Of a stretch of 64,000 nucleotides of DNA, positions 1 to 8,295 are shown in pieces. Origin of the DNA: Promethearchaeota archaeon (lineage in GTDB: Archaea; Asgardarchaeota; Lokiarchaeia; Sigyniarchaeales; SOKP01); assembly GCA_048939015.1 (NCBI GenBank), contig JBHLPW010000009.1, positions 1 through 64,000 on the forward strand. The letters are read 5' to 3'. Every line of letters starts with the position of its first letter. Position 1 is the stretch's first letter. A program made the position numbers and the translations under genes. The notes below the pieces were generated by a model. That model saw only the letters and a list, made by a program, of their open reading frames with translations, searched no databases and was not told the origin of the DNA.

Positions 1-1498
1 TAGGTTGTGTTGCTAAGAGGAGTCTAACCTCCTTAATCTTTCCAGATTTCTCAGTTTCCTCAAATATTTTTTCCACATCTAAATTCATGTCAGAAGTGAT
101 TATTTTTTTAAAAAGATAATTTAGATAGAAAAAGTATTTTGTTTTAATTCCAAAAAATATTTTTTTTGTTCGTATTGTTCCATTGAAAAATCTTCTCTCA
201 ACCATTTCCCTAATGATAGGGAAGATTTCTTCCTTTAATTTTAGATGTTCATTACGCAGAGTTCGATATTGTTTAAAGAGATCAGTAAGAGAAACTATAC
301 TATTATTTAATAATTTATTATAAAAGTTTTGAAAGAAACTTTTTTTGCCCAAACTATAATCTTTTATAAAATTCTTGAATTCAATCTCATTGTTTACAAT
401 TTGCAAATTAAAATTATAGTTAAGATTAATATATGAAATAAGTTCATCAGAGTATTCTTCTAAACCAAAAGTGGTCTTTAAGTGATTTACATCAAAAAAT
501 TGGTCTTTTTCCAATTGTTTGAAAAGCAGCCTTTCTATTTCTTCAATAAACTTCTTCCAAATTATAGATAAAAGGATTATTAACCTCGCTGTATCCTTTA
601 ACTTGTCAGAAGTCCAATTTGTTTGCTCACTTAGAATTAATTTTAAATTTTTATTTATATAAGAAAAGATTCCCGCAGGATTATAGTCTAACATCCAAGA
701 AAATAATTCAAGAACATAAACTATCCAAAAAGTAATTTCAATATCATCAAATTGATTAAAACTAAAACCACCATTCTCTTTCTGAAGTTGTTGAATGAAT
801 TGAATTTCTTTATCTTTTACTTCAGATTCAAGATCTAAATATTTCAAACATAGAAATCTAAAAATCAGTGAAGAACCTCTCTTTTTATCACCTAAATAAT
901 TACGAAATTGGTCTCTATTAATACGAACATCAATATTAAGAATTGAAAAAATTTCCAAGACAAAATATAAAGTTCGACTAGATGATATCTCTTTGTCTAT
1001 ATTACAATCCTTGTCCTGACAATGTAGAAAATGATTACCCTTCTTGTGAGTAAAGACAAAATTTTTAATTCCTCCTTTAATTTCATCCCGTCCTTCAGAA
1101 AGAAGGTATTGATTTAATAATCCTAGATTTATTAGACATGATAAGGCTAAATAAGTTGAATATACATCAGGAAGCTTTTCAGAATGGGGAGAAGGCTTAA
1201 ATCCAATTTGATCGTATTGGCGGTATTCACATTTCTTTATGAACCGAAAAATCTCATCTTTATTAAGTGTTTTCTCTTCTTTAAGATATTTTGATAGTAA
1301 AAGATACCAAAAAATAGTCTCAATTTCTAAGTTAGGGTCATTTAATAAGTTTTGATTATAATATTGAAAGAATTTAGTCAGTTTTTCATATTCATTATAA
1401 TAAAAATTTTTGATCTCTTTTCTATTAACTCTAATAAAGGATTTAAATGGTTCTTTTTTAAAAGTTGTTATGTATGGATAAGCAGATTTCTCTTCCAC
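1..1498 (-). CDS. Partial (runs off left edge) protein with N-terminal degenerate prenyltransferase/squalene-cyclase-type repeats; not in ORF track
   Basis: Manually translated open frame from GTG 1498 (or TTG 1507) to the window edge with no stop: VEEKSAYPYITTF...IGFKPSPHSEKLPDVYSTYLALSCLINLG...QLQKENGGFSFNQFDDIEITFWIVYVLE... Confidence 0.75.
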   Translation of the reverse strand, partial: MEEKSAYPYITTFKKEPFKSFIRVNRKEIKNFYYNEYEKLTKFFQYYNQNLLNDPNLEIETIFWYLLLSKYLKEEKTLNKDEIFRFIKKCEYRQYDQIGFKPSPHSEKLPDVYSTYLALSCLINLGLLNQYLLSEGRDEIKGGIKNFVFTHKKGNHFLHCQDKDCNIDKEISSSRTLYFVLEIFSILNIDVRINRDQFRNYLGDKKRGSSLIFRFLCLKYLDLESEVKDKEIQFIQQLQKENGGFSFNQFDDIEITFWIVYVLELFSWMLDYNPAGIFSYINKNLKLILSEQTNWTSDKLKDTARLIILLSIIWKKFIEEIERLLFKQLEKDQFFDVNHLKTTFGLEEYSDELISYINLNYNFNLQIVNNEIEFKNFIKDYSLGKKSFFQNFYNKLLNNSIVSLTDLFKQYRTLRNEHLKLKEEIFPIIREMVERRFFNGTIRTKKIFFGIKTKYFFYLNYLFKKIITSDMNLDVEKIFEETEKSGKIKEVRLLLATQP

Positions 1499-1616
1499 AT
1501 TAAGCAAAGTTTAACAAATCCCGTGAGTGATTATTCTGTTTTTTGTTATTAATGAAAATATGCACATTTATTTTTTGTGGAAACAAAAATGTCAGAATAG
1601 AGAACTGAATTTGAAA

Positions 1617-2267
1617 TCAATATTCATAAATCCCTTGAGATTTTTTCTTCTTTTTTCTCGGAGTTCTATACCTAGCTTTTTTGTTCATATATGCAACTAT
1701 TAGAGCAAAAATGGTTGAAACTACCACAATATATAGTAAAAATTGTAAGTATGACGGCCCCGTTGATATACTTATAGTTATATAAAATTCCTCAGACCAA
1801 TTATGGTTTTTGTTTGTTGAAGAATCTTTTGCCCATATTTTAACTTTATAAAGCTCATAATTTGGATATTGACTAATATTGTCCCAATTATAACTCCATT
1901 GTATCCCTCCATCGAAATTCATTGAACTATTATACAAGAAGTTACTTTGATTGGAAATTTGTATAGTAACGTTTCCAAATAAAGGAGGATTATCATCAGT
2001 GATATTAACAATAAACTTGTAAGAATATTGCCTAATTGTGGTAAGATTTTCAGCAGGTTGAATAAAAATAATAATAGGCACTATAGTATCGTTACTAGGG
2101 CCTTGAGAAAATGAAAATACACTGTTATTATTCAAATTTTTATTCACTTCTGTTAGATTAACTGAATTATAGTTAATAAGAGAAAATTGTATAGCTAAAA
2201 ATAGTGTTAGAAGAATGACTTTTTTAGGAATATGATTTCTTATGGAAATCTTACACACTATTTTCAT
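1617..2267 (-). CDS. Surface protein: signal/TM, beta-rich Ig-like domain, C-terminal TM and basic tail
   Basis: N-terminal hydrophobic segment, many N-x-S/T sequons, YKVKIWAKDSS Ig-like strand, C-terminal FLLYIVVVSTIFALIVAYM followed by RKKKKK. Confidence 0.6.
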   Translation of the reverse strand: MKIVCKISIRNHIPKKVILLTLFLAIQFSLINYNSVNLTEVNKNLNNNSVFSFSQGPSNDTIVPIIIFIQPAENLTTIRQYSYKFIVNITDDNPPLFGNVTIQISNQSNFLYNSSMNFDGGIQWSYNWDNISQYPNYELYKVKIWAKDSSTNKNHNWSEEFYITISISTGPSYLQFLLYIVVVSTIFALIVAYMNKKARYRTPRKKKKKSQGIYEY

Positions 2268-2416
2268 TATGATTTTTCATAGATTTTATTTTAAATTAGA
2301 ATAAATTTTACATAATTTAAACTTAAGGGAATTATATATCATTTGTTTTAAAATATAGTTTCAATTTAATAATATATATCCAAATTAATTTCTTAGAAAT
2401 TATAAAAAAAATGGGA

Positions 2417-3916
2417 TTATAATTGAAGTGTACTATTAAAACTCCAAATATCGTTAATCCCTAAAGGATCATAGATTAGTGGTGTCTGGATTTCAAATAT
2501 TGACCTCCCCTGACCTGAAGGTATGACATCTTTTGAAAAATTAAAAGCTTGTCCTATTGTCCGATTTTCATTTAATTGATTCCAAAATTGATGGAAAAAC
2601 CATGATCCGGCAAACCCATCAGCGTTAGTATTGTCTCGCCAATACCATGAAAAAGTATCAGTAGTAGATGTGACTAAAATCGAATTAGGGAGATCATACC
2701 AACTCAATCCTATACTGGAATTATAGTTTAAAAAATTACCACTATAGCAAATGTCGATATTGATAAGTTTTCTTTTACAATTTATTCCACGAATAAGATC
2801 AACAAATTCAAATTCTGAAATATAACTATTGTCAGCTTCGAAATGAAATGTGGCGTTTCCATCGCCAAGAATCTTATTAGAACCATGGTCTACCATATAA
2901 ATTATTAATTGATCTTTCGAACCTATACCAGAAGCAAACGAACCTGAAATGCTAGCATTTAATTCTTTCTTAAACCTGCTCGAATTTACATCATTATTCA
3001 CTACATCAATGATGGCATTTGTCAAATCATTTGATATTCCATCGTTTGCATTTATATCTATTGTGTTATCATTTGTATGATATAGCATTAAAAAAATATT
3101 CTCATCTGTGTATCCATGATTCTTTAAAGTCCAATATACCTGGAGAGCTTGAGCCGGAAAACCGTCAGAATCTAAATTACTTGGAGGGGGCCTCGGGATA
3201 GGTGGAGGGAACCAATATTCTATTTTCACATCATCAAAAAGTACCATATCAGTACCAGTCATATTTCCTTCTACTGCTAATACTAAATGTAATTGGGTAA
3301 TTTCATTTTGAATAGCATTATCAGCAATTCCAGTTGTGTTTAAAAAAGTCCATCCTGTGAAAGTATCGTATACACCTTTTGACCAATCGGTTCTTACCAC
3401 ATCATTGCTAGAATTTAGCCACCGTAATCCTATTCGTGCTCCTGCACCTGTAGGTATAATCACAGCAGGAGTCTGTAAATCATTTTTTGTGATATTTACC
3501 CAGGCAGAAAGATTATAGGCAGCATATTTCAATAATGGATAATATTTCGTCCAATTGAATATATACTCTAAGTTTACATACCCTCCCCAGGAAAAAGATA
3601 TTAATTGCATAACTCCAGGAGTGCTATGACCTGGTATGGTATTATCAATTGCACCATACCCATTCGTGAAATTAGATATCCATCTACTTCCAGATTCATT
3701 ATTAAATAAGGCATCCCTTCCATTATTAAAGTCAGGTTCACCTTCTTTTCTATAGAAGTCATTAGCACTACAAAGTATAATTGCTTTTCGCTCTCCCGGA
3801 ATAGGTTTTCTTCTCATAATTGGAAGATATAATATCCATCCCGAAAGAACCAAACCGAGGGTAATTATCAATACAATTAAAGGCAGATATTTTTTAAGAT
3901 TATCGATAAATTTCAT
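2417..3916 (-). CDS. Membrane-anchored C13-family (legumain/GPI-transamidase-like, clan CD) cysteine peptidase with inserted carbohydrate-binding-like domain
   Basis: N-terminal TM; AQALQVYWTLKNHGYTDENIFLM; catalytic His in LIIYMVDHGS and Cys in INIDICYSG. Confidence 0.75.
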   Translation of the reverse strand: MKFIDNLKKYLPLIVLIITLGLVLSGWILYLPIMRRKPIPGERKAIILCSANDFYRKEGEPDFNNGRDALFNNESGSRWISNFTNGYGAIDNTIPGHSTPGVMQLISFSWGGYVNLEYIFNWTKYYPLLKYAAYNLSAWVNITKNDLQTPAVIIPTGAGARIGLRWLNSSNDVVRTDWSKGVYDTFTGWTFLNTTGIADNAIQNEITQLHLVLAVEGNMTGTDMVLFDDVKIEYWFPPPIPRPPPSNLDSDGFPAQALQVYWTLKNHGYTDENIFLMLYHTNDNTIDINANDGISNDLTNAIIDVVNNDVNSSRFKKELNASISGSFASGIGSKDQLIIYMVDHGSNKILGDGNATFHFEADNSYISEFEFVDLIRGINCKRKLINIDICYSGNFLNYNSSIGLSWYDLPNSILVTSTTDTFSWYWRDNTNADGFAGSWFFHQFWNQLNENRTIGQAFNFSKDVIPSGQGRSIFEIQTPLIYDPLGINDIWSFNSTLQL

Positions 3917-4063
3917 ATTATTTCAGTTTTTATAAGATTATAATTATAAAGTAGAATAACACATGTCTAAAATATAAATCTTACTTGTCTACTTCAATAA
4001 AACTATATTTTATTGAATAATAAAGTAAAAAAGTAAGATTAAAAAAAAATTATGGTTAAGCAC

Positions 4064-5485
4064 TCATTTTTTGGGTTCTTCTTGCAGGCTCTCTCTAATA
4101 GAAGGAGTTGAAAAATCTTTTTCATTTGGTTTTTCCAAAATCTCTAAAATATTATATTCTGTAATCATTTGAAGAACTCCCATAACTTTCATGCCGTGAT
4201 TATACTGTTCATTTGCATCGTAGAGATTTCTCCAACAGAAAGGACATTCAGTTGTTAATATATCCGCACCTACAGCATTTGCTTCGTCACATCGAAGACT
4301 TGCTGTTCTAATAGAGAATTCAGGATACCCTGCTCTCACGCCTCCACCGGCTCCACAGCACATACTATTAAGTTTTATACGATACATCTCTTTAAATTTA
4401 ATACCTACATCTTCTTCAAGTTTTCTAAGAATAATGCGTGGAACTTCATACCAAGCTTCGATTGCTTGATCTATTTTTCTACTATCCATTAAAAGATTAC
4501 TCGATTTTTCTATCATCTCTTGTTCTAAATCGACAGCGAAATGTCTACCTGTATGACAAGGATCATGATAGGTGACCACTTTCCCCTTTAATTCTTTATT
4601 TGGTTTGAATTTGATTTTGTTTTGCTCGATTAGTCTTGCAACTAATTCAAATGCATGTTGAGTTTTAAACGGTAGTTTTTCATCTTCAGCCATCCATTTT
4701 GGATAATCAATAGTAAAAGTTCTATAACATCCAGCACAACTGAAATAGACCATTTTCACATTCTTAAAAGCTTCAAGGTTTTTCTTCATTAATTCTTGAG
4801 CAGTATTAACAGCCCCTACTCTAAAAAATGGACTCCCACAACATACTTCATCTGCAACAAGGGTAAAATTCATTCCCAATTGTTCAAATAATTTAGCAGT
4901 TGCAATAGCGACTTCAACTTGCCGGTAACTAGCAGTGCATCCTACATAATAGGCAATTTTCGCATCCTTATTATCGATAAATTTACCCAAGCCAGCGTCT
5001 TTAGCCCATTTTAATCTTTCATTAGCTGCTCCACCATATGGATTATTTCGCTCTTTAACTAATTTATCTACTAACTCATGTTTATCGATCATTGGTACTC
5101 CAGATTCGATACAAGCTGCTCTTAAAGCTTCAATAATATCGACAGTACGAACCTTATTTTCACATTGAGCAGAACACTGACCACATGTAATACATGGTAA
5201 TATCACATCTCGAACTTCTTCAGTAAATTCTAAGTCTCCACTTAAAATAGAACGTGCAATCCAAATTTTTCCTGCATTCCAAAAAGCTTCCCATCCATAT
5301 TCAATACCTGCTGGACAAGCATCTACCATTCCTTCATAGAGAACAGTTCCCTGCTTTCCCGAATACTCTCCAATTCCTTCTTTATCAGGTTCACCTGAGT
5401 AGGCAAATCTACATGCTTTACAATGTATACATTTAAAGATATCTTTTCTTAATTCTTCCAATCTTTCCATTCCTGTTTTAGCCAT
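4064..5485 (-). CDS. Fe-S oxidoreductase, HdrD/GlcF-like (4Fe-4S dicluster plus two CCG domains)
   Basis: CIHCKAC...CP, CITCGQCSAQC, YYVGC, EVCCG, SCAGC, YHDPCH, MCCGAGGG, ECPFC; likely start MAKTG at 5485. Confidence 0.9.
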   Translation of the reverse strand: MAKTGMERLEELRKDIFKCIHCKACRFAYSGEPDKEGIGEYSGKQGTVLYEGMVDACPAGIEYGWEAFWNAGKIWIARSILSGDLEFTEEVRDVILPCITCGQCSAQCENKVRTVDIIEALRAACIESGVPMIDKHELVDKLVKERNNPYGGAANERLKWAKDAGLGKFIDNKDAKIAYYVGCTASYRQVEVAIATAKLFEQLGMNFTLVADEVCCGSPFFRVGAVNTAQELMKKNLEAFKNVKMVYFSCAGCYRTFTIDYPKWMAEDEKLPFKTQHAFELVARLIEQNKIKFKPNKELKGKVVTYHDPCHTGRHFAVDLEQEMIEKSSNLLMDSRKIDQAIEAWYEVPRIILRKLEEDVGIKFKEMYRIKLNSMCCGAGGGVRAGYPEFSIRTASLRCDEANAVGADILTTECPFCWRNLYDANEQYNHGMKVMGVLQMITEYNILEILEKPNEKDFSTPSIRESLQEEPKK

Positions 5486-5504
5486 TTTTATCAACCTCCA
5501 ATAT

Positions 5505-6995
5505 TTAAGGAAGAGCAAGTCTTCCTGGATGCATTATCATATTTGGATCAACGAGCTTTTTGAATGCTCTTAAATATTTCCAGTACATTCCTGCTTGATA
5601 ATATGCTTGGACATGAATATAAGGATCTGGTCTATAATTCAACCAACCTCGTTTTAACGCATATTCTGTAGTATCTCTATTTAAATCCTGAACCTTCTCA
5701 AAGTCAGACTGTTTTGTGCTATCAAAGCATACAATTGGCATACAGATTGCTTGTCTGCAACGTTCAATACTTGCAATCCACATAACGGGTGGGAAACCAT
5801 ATTCCTCCATCTTCTTTGTGTACATGTCAGCAAAATGTGCACACTCTGGCCATGGGGTATACCAAGTAATAAATAAGAAGCCTGCTTCCCAGAAACTATA
5901 AGGAATTGCAATCTTATTTGGTTTTCTCATTCTACTTGCTATTTGTTTTGGATGAAGTTCCTGTTTTACAATTGCATCCGGGTTTTTTGCTCTTTTCTTA
6001 AAATCCTCTGCCATCTTATCAATTCTGTTAGTAGCATAGTCTAATTCCTCTTGTGTTTGCGCCCATGTCTCCCAATTCATCCACCATTGAGAGATTCCTA
6101 TTTCTTTATAGAACTCATAATCATGTGGGACTTTATCCTTTGGCCATCGTGCCATTACTAGGGGATAATTGCCTCCCTGAACCATTACAGTGTTATGTGA
6201 AATACCAAATTCTTGCTTAGCAACTTCAAGAGTCAAATCTTGCATGTCGTAAGGGTTATCCATCCCCCAGACTACAACTGTTTTATATTTTGGATGTGGG
6301 TAAATTTTAACCGCAGCTTTAGTTACAACACCAAAAGCTCCTTGGCTCCCCATAAGAAAAGACCACATATCTGGGCCTATACCATACTTATAAAAAGGCT
6401 TAGCAAATGGTAGTGCCCAAGAACCAGTACGTACAACATCACCATTAGGAAATACTATTTCTCCACACATAAAATTATCTCCCTGCGGACCGACGCTAGA
6501 AGTATAAAGTGAGAAACCTCTATCTATAGCATCTCCCATAACTGTTGCTGCAGGAGGAGCTCCATCAGGAATTGGAGGAGCCCAATCTGGATGGTATTTG
6601 TGCATATAACTCCAAAGCTGTCCGTTTGTGACTCCAGGTTCTATGATGCAATAGCGATTCTCTTCATCAATCTCTATAATGCGATTCATTCTTCCCAAAT
6701 CAAGAAGCACTCCACCAGGTTTGATTGTTGGACACGCAAAACCACCTGATAATCCAGCTGAAACAGGACTCACTGCAATTTTTTCCGCAGAACAGTATAT
6801 TAAAATTTTCCTAATTTCTTCAACGTATCTCGGTCGGACTACAATATCTGGAATTTGTGATTCTAAACCCATTACAGATTTAGCCAAGTACGCTGCTGTG
6901 ATCGCCTTATTGTTTGTAGCATATTCTTTGCCGACAATACCAATCATCGCTTCTAAATCTTTTTCATCTGGTAATTTATAGCTCATATTTTCCAA
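5505..6995 (-). CDS. FAD-binding oxidoreductase, VAO/PCMH/GlcD superfamily
   Basis: PDIVVRP, LDLGRMNRIIEID, IEPGVT, GSQGAFGVVTK, C-terminal KKLVDPNMIMHPG. Confidence 0.9.
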   Translation of the reverse strand: MENMSYKLPDEKDLEAMIGIVGKEYATNNKAITAAYLAKSVMGLESQIPDIVVRPRYVEEIRKILIYCSAEKIAVSPVSAGLSGGFACPTIKPGGVLLDLGRMNRIIEIDEENRYCIIEPGVTNGQLWSYMHKYHPDWAPPIPDGAPPAATVMGDAIDRGFSLYTSSVGPQGDNFMCGEIVFPNGDVVRTGSWALPFAKPFYKYGIGPDMWSFLMGSQGAFGVVTKAAVKIYPHPKYKTVVVWGMDNPYDMQDLTLEVAKQEFGISHNTVMVQGGNYPLVMARWPKDKVPHDYEFYKEIGISQWWMNWETWAQTQEELDYATNRIDKMAEDFKKRAKNPDAIVKQELHPKQIASRMRKPNKIAIPYSFWEAGFLFITWYTPWPECAHFADMYTKKMEEYGFPPVMWIASIERCRQAICMPIVCFDSTKQSDFEKVQDLNRDTTEYALKRGWLNYRPDPYIHVQAYYQAGMYWKYLRAFKKLVDPNMIMHPGRLALP

Positions 6996-7203
6996 CCTAT
7001 TAAATACTCTTTAAATTTTTGATTTTCTATAATTAAAAATATTATTTTGGAAAATTAAGTACTGAATTTTAAATTTTCTTATATCTTTTTCATACTAAGT
7101 GTGATTTTTTCTTATAGAAATATTGTTTTGTTTAAAATAATACAATGTTTGCAAAAACTAACTCTAATGCACTATAGCTATTATAAGTTTTGTCGTTAGC
7201 GCT

Positions 7204-7347
7204 ATGATCCCTTATATTTCTTATTCAATTATTGTCCTGATCATATCGAGAATTATTCTGCTTGTTTGTTCAATTATGTTTTATCTAGATTTTCTTTTAC
7301 CAGAACGATTCAAACTAATGTTTTTCAGAGATATTTTATTTATTTGA
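7204..7347 (+). pseudogene. Possible remnant of the C-terminus of a multi-TM protein
   Basis: 47-aa hydrophobic frame MIPYISYSIIVLIISRIILLVCSIMFYLDFLLPERFKLMFF within an otherwise non-coding gap. Confidence 0.25.
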
Positions 7348-7454
7348 TAACCGATGTTATGTTATTTAATAGAGTTAAGAGAAAGTGATTCTGCTGTAAG
7401 AGATTTTTCTTTTATAAACTTAAAAAATATGCAATTTTAACCTTTTTTTCTATA

Positions 7455-8258
7455 TTATTTTCTTAAAAACCTTTTTGAAGAATATCTGATACCCATAAAA
7501 AGAAAAAATAAAGAGAATATTATTGTTAAAGGTAAATTCCCTATAACAATATACGCAAAATTAGGTTCTGCTGAAAAAAAATAGATTATTATAGTTACAA
7601 CGAAATATATAAATGAATTCATCAGTGCAATCTTCCAATTTGGAGCTAAAAATCCTAATATCAAATTGGGAAGTAAGAATAAAATTATGATATTAGAAGT
7701 AGATAACAAGATTAAAAAGGGCATAAATCTTGTGAATAATTGATCGGACGTATAAAATTGGTTTAGATTAAAGAAATTATATATGAATAGTGTAGTATTA
7801 ATACTCAAAAAAATTAAAATCAATGATAATGGCCCTACAATCAACCATGATAACGAAATCCTTATCAATGGAGAGTGCATAATCTTTCCTCTCAAGTTCT
7901 GATCAATTATTTTTTCCATTTCATTGGAGTATATTTTTTCGGGGTTATCATATGGTGAAAATGTGTCAATAAAATCCTGTAAAATATTCCTAAGAATTAA
8001 GGCGACAAGATCATTGTTATCATTATCACTTACAATGGCAGCTCCGATTAATCTTTCTTCTGAATGAGTTACCAAAATTAATTTATTGTTATCCCCAAGA
8101 TCAACATTTTTTACTACACTTCCTAATGCTTCCCTGCTAAAATTAGAAACTGAAGAAAAAAAGCCGATTAGAATATTCTCATCATATTTTTTTTTCATAA
8201 AATTTTTAGAATATAATAAAATTCCATTTTCGTCCAAGATATACATGCTTTTTATCAT
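7455..8258 (-). CDS. Longin-like domain fused to about 4 TM helices
   Basis: MIKSMYILDENGILLYSKNF...LIGFFSSVSNFSREALG...LIGAAIVS...ILRNILQDFIDTF matches the longin beta-beta-alpha-beta-beta-beta-alpha-alpha pattern; hydrophobic C-terminal half. Confidence 0.65.
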   Translation of the reverse strand: MIKSMYILDENGILLYSKNFMKKKYDENILIGFFSSVSNFSREALGSVVKNVDLGDNNKLILVTHSEERLIGAAIVSDNDNNDLVALILRNILQDFIDTFSPYDNPEKIYSNEMEKIIDQNLRGKIMHSPLIRISLSWLIVGPLSLILIFLSINTTLFIYNFFNLNQFYTSDQLFTRFMPFLILLSTSNIIILFLLPNLILGFLAPNWKIALMNSFIYFVVTIIIYFFSAEPNFAYIVIGNLPLTIIFSLFFLFMGIRYSSKRFLRK

Positions 8259-8295
8259 TATTATACACTTTTTGCATACTTTTTAAATAAAATTT

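Noticed and set aside
940-1000. Possible frameshift in the left-edge gene
   Set aside because: Careful re-translation shows the frame is continuous (SSSRTLYFVLEIFS).
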